Shown here: in pieces, positions 12,710 through 21,094 of the stretch
Layout of the letters: every line of letters begins with the position of its first letter
Position numbering within the stretch: position 1 is the first letter of the stretch
Sequence record: MT024865.1
Origin: Streptomyces phage Wakanda
Direction: 5' to 3' (one strand)
DNA: 24,000 nucleotides
Notes under the pieces: generated by a model
Databases searched by the model: none
Told to the model about the DNA's origin: nothing
The model's input: the letters and a program-made list of their open reading frames with translations, nothing else
Program-made: the position numbers and the translations under genes

Positions 12710-14644
12710 ATGCGACCGAACACTGTGGTTGTTAACCGTGAGGGTTCTCTGAGCGGTACCGAGCACAAGATGATGTTCGATGAGAACAGCGTTGCGCACC
12801 TGATGTCTGTTCTTACTGACCTTTATTCCGACCCCGAGCTGGCGGTCATTCGGGAGTACAGCACCAACGCTCTCGACTCTCAGATTGCGGCGGGTGTTTC
12901 TCGTCCGATTGAGGTCACTACGCCTAACCCGCTGTCCCCGTTCTTCAAGGTCAAGGATTACGGTCTTGGCATGGACGAGGACGACATTGAGAATATCTAC
13001 TCCAAGTACGGCGCTTCCACGAAGCGCGATTCCGACTCGGTTGTGGGTATGCTGGGTCTGGGTTGCAAGTCAGCTCTGACCTATACGCAGCAGTTCACGC
13101 TTAACACGGTCAAGAATGGTGTTAAGTACATGGTGGCTGTTTCTCGCACCGAGGATGGTTCTGGTGTTATGGAGGTTATTGACTCCATTCCGACCGATGA
13201 GCCGAATGGTGTTGAGGTTGTCGTTCCGGTTAAGCGGCATCACGAATTTGAGCCGAAGTCCTTTGACTTCTTCAAGTTCTGGGAGCCGGGTACGGTTCTG
13301 GTGAATGGCAAGGAGCCTGCGCACATTGAGGGCAATCCGGTTGTCGATGGCGTGCTGCTGGTCAAGGGTCTTCCCAAGGACTACGTTGTTATGGGTAATG
13401 TTCCTTACCCGCTGGACGATGCCCACTCCCTGAGCGGTGGCAGCTACGGCTACTACCGGCGCTATGGAATTGTGGCGACCGTAGAAATTGGGGCGGTCAA
13501 CTTCACCCCGTCTCGTGAATCGCTCCACTACACGAAGCGCACAGAGGCTTCCCTGGCGGAGCTTAAGCGAGTCATCGACAAGCGGATGCCGGTTGCTATT
13601 CAGGAGCACATCGACGCTCAGGATGGCGAGCTGAATGCGTGGAAGGCTTATCACTCCTGGAAGGAAATTTTCGGCGGGTATTACGGTAACTCCAAGTATC
13701 TCCCCGTTGACTTCTCCTACAAGGGAGAGACGTTCGATGAGGTTGTCTCTCATGAGATGATGGTCTTCGACCTGAACGCTTATCGATACGCTGTTCAGGG
13801 AACCACGAAGTTCAGCTTCCACGACCTCCTTGAGCGTACGATTATCTTCGGGTACGATAAGGACAAGGTTGCTGGAGCGCACCGAGAGAAGATGCGCGAG
13901 TACCACCGTCTGAACGTCAAGAGCAGCCGAAACAGCAATAAGATTCTCATTACCGAGGATAAGCCTGAGATTCCAGACTGGCTGCCTGTTACCTACGTCT
14001 CTTGGGATGACATCAAGAAGATTAAGGTGCAGCGTGCCCCGTCGACTCCTCGCCAGGAAGCCACGTTCGAGGTGTTCAAGGACGGCAAGACTTCCTATCT
14101 CACCAAGTCGAATATCTCTGCTACCAAGATTGTCCTGGTCAAGCCGGGTCATCACATAGGAGCTGGCGGTAAGAAGTTGGTTGAGAAGTTGACGCCAGGC
14201 GCGGCGGTTGTTACTCTTACTCAGAGCCGTTGGGAGTCCTTCAAGAAGAACTTCCCGCAGGCGCAGGGTATTCAGGATTATCTCAACGAGACCCTGGATG
14301 CTGCTCGTGACGCTCTGACCGAGGATGACCGGACGTACCTGTCCCTTGGGTACTCTGAGCGTAACTCCCTTGGCACGCTTGACGCTTCTCGAATTGATGA
14401 CCCGAGCCTGGCTCAGCTCATCACGTTCCTCAAGACTCGTACTCAGTCTGCCACTGTTCAGCGATATGCTGACGCTCAGAGCATCTACTACGATGTTGCT
14501 GGGGTTACGCTGACCAACCGGCTGGGTATTAGCGACGGCAAGGATGCCCTTGCTGATTATCCTCTGATTGATGGGATTAACTCCCAGAATATGGAGGACG
14601 CCTACTTCTACATCAACGCAAAGTATGCTACGATGAATAAGTAA
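12710..14644 (+). CDS. rIIA: rIIA-like GHKL-ATPase protein
   Basis: AVIREYSTNALDSQIAAG N-box, KDYGLGMDEDDIENIYSKYGASTKRD, VGMLGLGCKSALTY, NFTPSRESLHYT; followed by an rIIB-like gene. Confidence 0.85.
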   Translation: MRPNTVVVNREGSLSGTEHKMMFDENSVAHLMSVLTDLYSDPELAVIREYSTNALDSQIAAGVSRPIEVTTPNPLSPFFKVKDYGLGMDEDDIENIYSKYGASTKRDSDSVVGMLGLGCKSALTYTQQFTLNTVKNGVKYMVAVSRTEDGSGVMEVIDSIPTDEPNGVEVVVPVKRHHEFEPKSFDFFKFWEPGTVLVNGKEPAHIEGNPVVDGVLLVKGLPKDYVVMGNVPYPLDDAHSLSGGSYGYYRRYGIVATVEIGAVNFTPSRESLHYTKRTEASLAELKRVIDKRMPVAIQEHIDAQDGELNAWKAYHSWKEIFGGYYGNSKYLPVDFSYKGETFDEVVSHEMMVFDLNAYRYAVQGTTKFSFHDLLERTIIFGYDKDKVAGAHREKMREYHRLNVKSSRNSNKILITEDKPEIPDWLPVTYVSWDDIKKIKVQRAPSTPRQEATFEVFKDGKTSYLTKSNISATKIVLVKPGHHIGAGGKKLVEKLTPGAAVVTLTQSRWESFKKNFPQAQGIQDYLNETLDAARDALTEDDRTYLSLGYSERNSLGTLDASRIDDPSLAQLITFLKTRTQSATVQRYADAQSIYYDVAGVTLTNRLGISDGKDALADYPLIDGINSQNMEDAYFYINAKYATMNK

Positions 14645-14652
14645 TAAGGCGA

Positions 14653-14672
14653 TGGCCCTTCGGGGCCAAGCT
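14653..14672 (+). terminator. Hairpin-AAGCT element
   Basis: TGGCCC-TTCG-GGGCCA AGCT. Confidence 0.5.
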
Positions 14673-14700
14673 CCCAAAAATCCAAACATTGGAGAAAATA

Positions 14701-15810
14701 GTGAGTGTCAAGTACAACCTCGTTGGTAATGGCGACGAGGCGAACATCACGGTTGTGGTGGGCGGGGAAATGTACGTGGCGACCGGAACCCACGCGAACT
14801 TCGATTCCATTCTGGATAAGGCTCGTGCGGGTGACACTTCGGTCGTTGACCTCTTCGATATCAGCAAGACTGCTGAGAAGCGATTCGAGCGACTTTCCGA
14901 GCGGGTTACCGTGGCGAACGGTCGAATCTACTTCGATGGTGAAGAGGTAGACAACGCGCTTACTACTCAGGTTCTTAGGTTTATCGACTCGGGTGTTGAG
15001 GACTTCGGTCCTCTGGTTGCCTTCTTCGAGAAGGTTATGACCAACCCGAACGAGCACAGCCGGGAACAGCTCTACCGCTGGCTCCAGCGTTACGAGTTCA
15101 CCATTACCGATGAGGGCGACTTCATCGCGTACAAGGGTGTTCGTACCGTTGAGGACGAGCACAAGTACGAGAGCATTTCTCGCGGCAAGGCGATTTCGAA
15201 TGGCGTTGAGTTCGATGGCGCTATTCCGAACCCGCTGGGTGCGGTTGTGGAGATGCCTCGTGGCAAGGTCCAGCACGACCCTTCGGTTGGTTGCCACACC
15301 GGTCTGCACGCGGGTACCTGGAGCTACGCTTCGGGATTTGCCCAGGGTGCGGTTCTGACCGTGGTTATTAACCCTCGTGACGTTGTTTCTGTTCCCACTG
15401 ACTGTGAGGACCAGAAGTTGCGAGTCTGCCGTTACACCGTTCAGGAAGTCACCGAGGTTAAGTATTCCGCGCCGGTTGTCAGCTTTGATGACGAGGACGA
15501 CGAGGATTACTGCTACGAGTGTGGCGAGAACGGCTGTGAGGGCGAGTGCATGGAGTGCGACTCTTGCGGTTCTACCTGGTGCTACGATTACGAGTGCCAG
15601 AACTGCGATGACTGCGGTGAGCACGAGACCGACTGCCGGTGCTGTGATGAGTGCGGCTACCCGGACTGCGATTGTGAGGACGAGGAGGAGGAGACTCCCG
15701 CTCCTACTCACATGAACCTGGATGACTTCGTAAAGGGCATCAACACTGTTGAGGGCTTCAAGCGCGGTTACCTGGGTAACGACTGGCCGGACGCTCCCTG
15801 GAATCAGTAA
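14701..15810 (+). CDS. rIIB: rIIB-like protein with Cys-rich C-terminal insert
   Basis: GDFIAYKGVRT...GKVQHDPSVGCHTGLHAGTWSYASGF; GTG start with SD GGAGA. Confidence 0.85.
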   Translation: MSVKYNLVGNGDEANITVVVGGEMYVATGTHANFDSILDKARAGDTSVVDLFDISKTAEKRFERLSERVTVANGRIYFDGEEVDNALTTQVLRFIDSGVEDFGPLVAFFEKVMTNPNEHSREQLYRWLQRYEFTITDEGDFIAYKGVRTVEDEHKYESISRGKAISNGVEFDGAIPNPLGAVVEMPRGKVQHDPSVGCHTGLHAGTWSYASGFAQGAVLTVVINPRDVVSVPTDCEDQKLRVCRYTVQEVTEVKYSAPVVSFDDEDDEDYCYECGENGCEGECMECDSCGSTWCYDYECQNCDDCGEHETDCRCCDECGYPDCDCEDEEEETPAPTHMNLDDFVKGINTVEGFKRGYLGNDWPDAPWNQ

Positions 15811-15822
15811 GCGTTGAAAAAT

Positions 15823-15853
15823 GAGGGCTCCTTCGGGAGCCCTCAAGCTTTTT
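15823..15853 (+). terminator. Terminator with AAGCTTTTT tail
   Basis: GAGGGCTCC-TTCG-GGAGCCCTC AAGCTTTTT. Confidence 0.8.
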
Positions 15854-15873
15854 CTAACACCCGGAGGTAAAAA

Positions 15874-16629
15874 ATGAAGGTGCTAGTCCTGGGAGACTCC
15901 CACGGTCAGGGTCAGTGGCTCCGTGACAAGATTTACTGGGCCAAGAAGCAGAACGTAAAGACGATTATGCAGGTCGGGGATTTTGGTCTGTGGGACCACG
16001 AGCCCGATGGCGTACGCTTCCTTGACTGGACGAATGAGGCTCTGCGCGAGACTGGCATTAAGCTGGTCTTTGTTGGTGGAAACCACGAGAACTGGGACCA
16101 TCTGGATTGGTACCAGAAGAACCTGCCCAAGAGCGACAACGGGCACGTTCACATTCGCAGCCACATTCGTTACACCGGCCGAGTTAATCGCTGGCAGTGG
16201 GATGGAAAATGGTTCCAGGCTGTTGGTGGAGCTGTCTCCATCGATAAAAACTGGAGGACCGTAGGCAAAAGTCTGTGGCTCCAGGAGGCTGTTCCCGAGC
16301 CGGTTGTGTATGGTCTGGAGCAGGCCAATCGACAGGCTGATTATCTGTTTACGCACGATGCTCCGAGTTGTGTTCCTATGCGAGGGCTCAAGCCGGATGC
16401 GGACTCTAGCGCGCATCGTCAGCTCATGGACAGAATTGGGCGGGTTGTTCGCCCAGAGATTTGGTTCCACGGTCATTACCACAAGTGGATGGAATACAGC
16501 TTTATGCACCAGGAGGGTTACTCCATGGTGTATGGGCTTGACCGGGATTACCAGTTCTGGAGTCACGTTATTCTGGACACTGAGACGAACGCAGTAACTC
16601 CCGCTAATGGCAAGACTCACTTTGTCTGA
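15874..16629 (+). CDS. Calcineurin-like metallophosphoesterase
   Basis: GDSHG, QVGDFG, FVGGNHEN, FTHDAP, WFHGHYH motifs. Confidence 0.92.
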   Translation: MKVLVLGDSHGQGQWLRDKIYWAKKQNVKTIMQVGDFGLWDHEPDGVRFLDWTNEALRETGIKLVFVGGNHENWDHLDWYQKNLPKSDNGHVHIRSHIRYTGRVNRWQWDGKWFQAVGGAVSIDKNWRTVGKSLWLQEAVPEPVVYGLEQANRQADYLFTHDAPSCVPMRGLKPDADSSAHRQLMDRIGRVVRPEIWFHGHYHKWMEYSFMHQEGYSMVYGLDRDYQFWSHVILDTETNAVTPANGKTHFV

Positions 16630-16653
16630 GTTTTGCTTTAGAAATCACCGTGC

Positions 16654-16659
16654 TATAAT
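16654..16659 (+). promoter_or_regulatory. Extended -10 box
   Basis: TGcTATAAT. Confidence 0.5.
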
Positions 16660-16716
16660 TGAATATAACGTTAGCAAGTTTCGACTCGCTGACAATCTAA
16701 GGAGGTGTAAGAAAAC

Positions 16717-17163
16717 ATGGCAGAAGAGAAGAACGAGCAGTCCCGTCGTCTGCTATCCGCCGATGAGCGTCGCGAGGCAGTCAAGCGCTCTGAGGATGAG
16801 GCAGCTAAGACCGAGTACAAGCCACGTACTGCGCATGACGTAGTTGGTGAGGTTGGCCCGGTTGACGTTGCTGATGCCAAGGAGCGTGCGCGTGAGGCTG
16901 GTGTAACTGATGCTGCTTTCGTCGGATACGAGGAAGCACTTCACAACTACGAGTCTCGTCCAGACGTTGAGACCCTAAAGGAGCGCCGTGCCCGTGAGGC
17001 CGGTGAGACTTTTGACGAGGCCGGATTCCGTCGTCAGGTTGGTGCAGTAGATAATGCTGGCGTAGTATCTACGGATACTGCGGTTAAGACCGACGAGAAG
17101 GAAAAGGCTGTCGCTGAGGACAAGACTGAGGCGAAGCCAGCGGCTCGCAAGTCTGCAAAGTAA
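16717..17163 (+). CDS. Hypothetical, highly charged protein
   Basis: 148-aa ORF, SD AAGGAGGTG. Confidence 0.85.
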   Translation: MAEEKNEQSRRLLSADERREAVKRSEDEAAKTEYKPRTAHDVVGEVGPVDVADAKERAREAGVTDAAFVGYEEALHNYESRPDVETLKERRAREAGETFDEAGFRRQVGAVDNAGVVSTDTAVKTDEKEKAVAEDKTEAKPAARKSAK

Positions 17164-17178
17164 GCCCTCTTTTTAGCT

Positions 17179-17222
17179 AAGGCCGAAGATTTTCGAAAGA
17201 ATTTCTTCGGCCTTAAGCTTTT
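17179..17222 (+). terminator. Terminator with AAGCTTTT tail
   Basis: AAGGCCGAAG...CTTCGGCCTT AAGCTTTT. Confidence 0.75.
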
Positions 17223-17226
17223 GGTG

Positions 17227-17256
17227 TTGACATTAGCCTTCGCAAAATGTTAACAT
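17227..17256 (+). promoter_or_regulatory. Sigma70-type promoter
   Basis: TTGACA - 18 nt - TAACAT with TG extension. Confidence 0.8.
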
Positions 17257-17298
17257 AGTTGTACAAAGCACAATTAAGCAACGAAAGGGTTTATCTTT

Positions 17299-17538
17299 AT
17301 GTCTCGACTCACTCTCGACCTCAAGGCTGCTCACAAGTTCGTGAGCGACCAGCGTCGTATGGGCTCGGATATTCGGTGGGATGGCTGGGATATTGTTATC
17401 TGGAAGCCGACTCACTACGGATTTACGAATAAGCGTGGGGCCTTCCGCAACGGTCGTTGGGGAATGGAGACCCGCGTTGTCGTCGGCAACGACGGTACAT
17501 GGAAGGTTCCGTTCAAGAGTGTCCGGTCTTCTCGATGA
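17299..17538 (+). CDS. Hypothetical protein
   Basis: 79-aa ORF upstream of and overlapping the WhiB-like gene. Confidence 0.75.
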   Translation: MSRLTLDLKAAHKFVSDQRRMGSDIRWDGWDIVIWKPTHYGFTNKRGAFRNGRWGMETRVVVGNDGTWKVPFKSVRSSR

Positions 17539-17827
17539 ACTAGGGATTGACCCGGAAGATTTCGAATGGCAAGACCTGGCTCTGTGCGCTAATATGCCAA
17601 CCGAGCTGTTTTACGACAAGTACGAGTCAGACAGCGAGACGGCTAAGGCCACCGACCAGGCTTGCCTTCGGTGCCCTGTCATGAGACAGTGTTTTTTCGC
17701 CGGGTCTGATGGTGAGTATGGCACCTGGGGTGGGGTATACTGGAATGGAGCTGGTAAGCCAGACAAGAACAGGAACTCCCACAAGACCGAAGAGGTCTGG
17801 GTGGAAATTCGTGGGAGGGTAATGTGA
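17519..17827 (+). CDS. WhiB-family Fe-S regulator-like protein
   Basis: LALCANMPTELFY...DQACLRCPVMRQCFFAG...GTWGGVYW: four Cys plus W-G-G turn; GTG start. Confidence 0.88.
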   Translation: MSGLLDELGIDPEDFEWQDLALCANMPTELFYDKYESDSETAKATDQACLRCPVMRQCFFAGSDGEYGTWGGVYWNGAGKPDKNRNSHKTEEVWVEIRGRVM

Positions 17828-18075
17828 GTAAGTATTCTCCTGCGGTCCAGAAAATCTTCAAGGCGATGAAGGCCCCTTACCAGGGCTTCATCGTGGATAT
17901 TGTAGAATATCCAGACTACCTTGCACTGCGTGTTTACAAGGACAACATCGAATCTTTCAGCGAGCCACAAAAGGTGGCGCTGGCTGAATATCTCTATCGC
18001 CTTAGAGATGCAATCAAGTCCGAAGTCAACTGCCACATTGAGGGAGTCACTAATGCACCACCTGGAAGACGATAG
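17824..18075 (+). CDS. Hypothetical protein
   Basis: 83-aa ORF, GTG start overlapping the WhiB-like stop. Confidence 0.75.
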   Translation: MSKYSPAVQKIFKAMKAPYQGFIVDIVEYPDYLALRVYKDNIESFSEPQKVALAEYLYRLRDAIKSEVNCHIEGVTNAPPGRR

Positions 18076-18250
18076 GGAAACCTACCGACTCATCTACATG
18101 ATTGAAGAGGGTGTGTACGGAGTTCTGCTCAGCGAGGGAGCTTTTGCCTCGAAGGTCAGGTACACGGCCGGTGGTCTGGAATACGATGGCGTCTACGTCG
18201 GGAACGATGAATTCCTTGAGCGTGACGAAATGATTGAAGAGGAAGATTGA
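18053..18250 (+). CDS. Hypothetical acidic protein
   Basis: 65 aa MHHLEDDRETYRLIYMIEEGVYG...; overlaps both neighbours. Confidence 0.65.
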   Translation: MHHLEDDRETYRLIYMIEEGVYGVLLSEGAFASKVRYTAGGLEYDGVYVGNDEFLERDEMIEEED

Positions 18251-18480
18251 TGGTTTGTAGTTCCTGCGGTAAGCAGCGAAATGAACTCAGCGCTCGCAAG
18301 TCGAAGTTGATGCCAGGTGTGCCTCTATTTCTCTGCACTGACTGCATAAAGGGAAAGAAGGAGCCGCGATACCTCATCATTCTGGTCGGCAGGCAAAAGG
18401 GTCCCGAGTCGGTCGCTGAATATATCCGAAACTCTCGCTATTGTGGCGAACCTATTCTGGCAAGCGAACTGATTGCCTGA
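18250..18480 (+). CDS. Zinc-finger-like protein
   Basis: CSSCGKQ...FLCTDC, TGATG overlap with the upstream gene. Confidence 0.7.
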   Translation: MVCSSCGKQRNELSARKSKLMPGVPLFLCTDCIKGKKEPRYLIILVGRQKGPESVAEYIRNSRYCGEPILASELIA

Positions 18481-18485
18481 ATACC

Positions 18486-18518
18486 GAGGGTGACAGAAAT
18501 GTCACCCTCAAGCTTTTT
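18486..18518 (+). terminator. Terminator with AAGCTTTTT tail
   Basis: GAGGGTGACA-GAAA-TGTCACCCTC AAGCTTTTT. Confidence 0.9.
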
Positions 18519-18572
18519 AAGGTTTAGAATTCCGAAAAGTGGGTATAGCTGGACTTTTAAGTAACCTCAAGT

Positions 18573-18578
18573 TATACT
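18573..18578 (+). promoter_or_regulatory. -10 box positioned for a leaderless transcript
   Basis: TATACT, ATG 7 nt after the box. Confidence 0.45.
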
Positions 18579-18584
18579 TAAGGC

Positions 18585-19010
18585 ATGTTCAGACTGAGAT
18601 TTGTAAGGAATACAGCAGTGCATCCCATGGACGTTGTGGAGGGAATACTTTCTCTCGCAGTGCTCCTGCATGGACTTTGGCTGATTAGCCCTTACTTCGT
18701 AACAAGCGCCTCGGTGGGCTCATTGATTCTCGACGGGGATAGCCTATTCCCAAGGGTCATTGGTCTTTCCCAGGCGGTTGTCTCAGGTCTCCATCTGTAT
18801 ACCCTTATCAAAAAGCCTCGGGAGTGGGAGGTGATTCGTCGGGGAGCTTCGTTCTTCACGTTTACCCTCTACCTGTTTTATGGGTCGTCGTCTCTCATCC
18901 TCTACGGTCTAGGGAGGGTTACATGGATTACTACATTCGCTCTGGCATTCATTTCGGGTGTGGTATATCTAAGACTAAAATGGGAGGTGAGCCGCAGTGC
19001 CCGAGATTAA
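18585..19010 (+). CDS. Multi-pass membrane protein
   Basis: 141 aa, roughly four hydrophobic segments. Confidence 0.75.
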   Translation: MFRLRFVRNTAVHPMDVVEGILSLAVLLHGLWLISPYFVTSASVGSLILDGDSLFPRVIGLSQAVVSGLHLYTLIKKPREWEVIRRGASFFTFTLYLFYGSSSLILYGLGRVTWITTFALAFISGVVYLRLKWEVSRSARD

Positions 19011-19287
19011 CCAGGCTTGGCTTGCCTTGTTCGCAGCGCTTCTCGGTGGCTCTGGCCTTAAGGTAATTGAGTATTGGCTTAACAGGTCTAAGGTTCAGCA
19101 GGACTCGGCTACGGCAATGCGCACCGAGTTGCGTGAAGAAGTTCGGGGCCTTCGCGAAGAGTTGCGACATGTCGAGGAACAGCTTGACTTGTGGCGCGGG
19201 AAGTATTATGAACTCATGGACGAGTTCATGAAGGCAAAGGGAGACTTGGCCGAAGCTATGCGAAACGCTAATCGCGACAGCTCGTAA
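18997..19287 (+). CDS. Membrane-anchored coiled-coil protein
   Basis: N-terminal hydrophobic WLALFAALLGGSGLKVIEYWL then heptad-like REEVRGLREELRHVEEQL; GTG start. Confidence 0.7.
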   Translation: MPEINQAWLALFAALLGGSGLKVIEYWLNRSKVQQDSATAMRTELREEVRGLREELRHVEEQLDLWRGKYYELMDEFMKAKGDLAEAMRNANRDSS

Positions 19288-19324
19288 GAGTTGTGGTAAA
19301 ATAAGATAGAAAGGGGGTGCCGAT

Positions 19325-19603
19325 TTGGCGTTCTATAACGTAACTTCCTTCTGGTACGATGAGGCTACTGGCAACATCTTTGTACACCTAGTCAAGGATG
19401 TTGATGTGTCTTATGACCATCTACCAGAGGAGTCCGCACAGGACATTTACGAGGCTCAGATTTTCCTAGATGGTGGTCTGAACCTCATTGGAAAGTCTCG
19501 TCCGTCTAGCACGGATGGAACTATCCAAGGTGGTATGTATGGTCGTGGTGCAGGTTCACCTGAAACCCCACCAGCTCAGCCGCTCGAAAGTGCCCCATCT
19601 TGA
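19325..19603 (+). CDS. Hypothetical protein (TTG start)
   Basis: 92-aa ORF, SD AAAGGGGG; TAAAAT at 19297-19302. Confidence 0.65.
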   Translation: MAFYNVTSFWYDEATGNIFVHLVKDVDVSYDHLPEESAQDIYEAQIFLDGGLNLIGKSRPSSTDGTIQGGMYGRGAGSPETPPAQPLESAPS

Positions 19604-19629
19604 CAGAGCCAAACTGAGTCTGCTAATAT
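19600..19629 (+). promoter_or_regulatory. Sigma70-type promoter
   Basis: TTGACA - 18 nt - TAATAT; followed by AGAGATATC. Confidence 0.85.
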
Positions 19630-19652
19630 AGAGATATCAGGGATGCGGGAAC

Positions 19653-19675
19653 GCCAATCGCCCCAAAGGATTGGC
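19653..19675 (+). other. Hairpin in the leader of tRNA-Glu
   Basis: GCCAATC...GATTGGC AAAAATTT. Confidence 0.5.
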
Positions 19676-19685
19676 AAAAATTTAT

Positions 19686-19759
19686 GCTCCGGTAGAGTAA
19701 CGGTTTATCTCACTGGTCTCTCACACCAGAGATTGCGGGTTCGAATCCCGTCCGGAGTA
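19686..19759 (+). tRNA. tRNA-Glu(CTC)
   Basis: Acceptor GCTCCGG/CCGGAGT, loop CTCTCAC. Confidence 0.92.
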
Positions 19760-19762
19760 CAA

Positions 19763-19836
19763 ATGAAATGGATGTTTCCAGGGTGTTAATCGGCGGGTGG
19801 CCACCCAACAAATAGATAGCCGAGCTTCCATTTCAT
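19763..19836 (+). ncRNA. Unassigned structured RNA between the tRNA-Glu genes
   Basis: 10-bp perfect stem ATGAAATGGA/TCCATTTCAT, inner TCGG/CCGA and palindrome GGGTGGCCACCC. Confidence 0.45.
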
Positions 19837-19873
19837 CAGGGTAAGTAGCGGAAGCCCCGCTCGAAAGCCCGAT

Positions 19874-19948
19874 GCCCCGTTAGTCTAGCGGCCTAGGATT
19901 CCGGATTTTCACTCCGCGAGAACGTCGGTTCGAATCCGACACGGGGTA
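19874..19948 (+). tRNA. tRNA-Glu(TTC)
   Basis: Acceptor GCCCCGT/ACGGGGT, loop TTTTCAC. Confidence 0.9.
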
Positions 19949-19953
19949 CACTA

Positions 19954-20024
19954 TCGGCCGTGGTGTAGAGGTAACACGAAACCTTGCCAAGGTTTAATCG
20001 CGAGTTCGATTCTCGTCGGCCGGA
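19954..20024 (+). tRNA. tRNA-Gly(GCC)
   Basis: Acceptor TCGGCCG/CGGCCGG, loop TTGCCAA. Confidence 0.9.
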
Positions 20025-20031
20025 CTCTACT

Positions 20032-20256
20032 ATGACAGCACGACAGGTAACACAGAAGTCAGCTCTTATCGAAGCCCGTTGGGTTATCAAGATTCTTCTT
20101 GGTATTATCGGCGGGCTTCTTGCGTTGGCTTTCATGATAGGGTGGGTCTCGGAGAGCAACGAGACCGACCGTATGACAGCATGTGTGAATAAAAGTGACA
20201 GGGAATGGGTAAACGGGGAATGTGTGTTTCCTAAACCGCTTCCGTCAAGCTCTTGA
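20032..20256 (+). CDS. Small single-pass membrane protein
   Basis: WVIKILLGIIGGLLALAFMIGWV in a 74-aa ORF. Confidence 0.65.
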   Translation: MTARQVTQKSALIEARWVIKILLGIIGGLLALAFMIGWVSESNETDRMTACVNKSDREWVNGECVFPKPLPSSS

Positions 20257-20323
20257 ACAGGCGCTCCGGGTAAAGCCGCACCGCCTGTTTCTTTTTTATC
20301 CCCAACAACGATTGGAAATTGAA

Positions 20324-20887
20324 GTGACTACTCTCGTCGGCAAGAAGGTCCGGGTCAAGGACAATTACGCTGGTGGCCTGGAGAACGTCATTGGCAAGGT
20401 CGCCAAGATTGTGGCGGTTGACCCGAACCATGACCCGGCTACTGAGGGTCGGCTCTATGCCCTGGATATTGAGGGTGTTCGCCGGAAGTCCTACTACGAC
20501 AACTGGCGTAAGGAGGACGTTGAGTACACCTACAACTACACCGTCCTGGTGACCGGTGAAGAAATCGAGCCGGTTGTTTACGACATCAAGGACTCTCAGG
20601 GTCAGAGTGTCGAGCTGGGCGATAAGGTTGTTTACGGTCCTCTGGGTGGTGGCGTCAGTTGTGGCACGGTGGTCGATATGAAGGAGTCCGACCACTACTA
20701 CTACAAGTTTGCGGTGAAGGTCGAGCTGGAGGAGACGACCTCTCACATTGATGGTGGCGACCGTCGAATTGATGGCCTTCCGTCCAAGCGCTACCAGTGG
20801 TACAGTCACATGGACAGGCTCCTTGTTATTCAGAAGGCGGCTTTCGGTCGCTCCTGGACCTCGGTTCTTGGCAAGGTTGAGGACTGA
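20324..20887 (+). CDS. Hypothetical protein
   Basis: GTG-initiated part of ORF 20222-20887; VTTLVGKKVRVKDNYAGGLENVIGKVAKIV... Confidence 0.75.
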   Translation: MTTLVGKKVRVKDNYAGGLENVIGKVAKIVAVDPNHDPATEGRLYALDIEGVRRKSYYDNWRKEDVEYTYNYTVLVTGEEIEPVVYDIKDSQGQSVELGDKVVYGPLGGGVSCGTVVDMKESDHYYYKFAVKVELEETTSHIDGGDRRIDGLPSKRYQWYSHMDRLLVIQKAAFGRSWTSVLGKVED

Positions 20888-21094
20888 GTGGCTGAGTACA
20901 AGGACTGCATTGGCCGCGATATTGCGGTTGGTGACAGGGTTGGTGTAGCCTTCTCGTATTCCCGAGCTTCGGTCGGGTATATTCGAGTCGGCAAGGTTGT
21001 GTCCTTCGAGCCTAAGTTCCTGGTTCGCTGGGAGGCAGACCATCAGGTAAGTCGTCCGATGGAGTTCAGCTCCAAGCGGATGGTCCTTCTCTGA
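20888..21094 (+). CDS. Hypothetical protein
   Basis: 68 aa, GTG start immediately after the upstream stop. Confidence 0.75.
   Translation: MAEYKDCIGRDIAVGDRVGVAFSYSRASVGYIRVGKVVSFEPKFLVRWEADHQVSRPMEFSSKRMVLL

Noticed and set aside
13070-14689. 539-aa minus-strand ORF antisense to rIIA-like gene
   Set aside because: Shadow ORF from codon bias; the plus strand has clear rIIA motifs and an SD.
14608-15846. 412-aa minus-strand ORF
   Set aside because: Antisense to the rIIB-like gene, low-complexity Val/Leu/Ala-rich translation; crosses the terminator hairpin.
15883-16620. 245-aa minus-strand ORF
   Set aside because: Antisense to a metallophosphoesterase with intact motifs.
17611-18036. 141-aa minus-strand ORF
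   Set aside because: Antisense to the WhiB-like gene and its overlapping neighbour.
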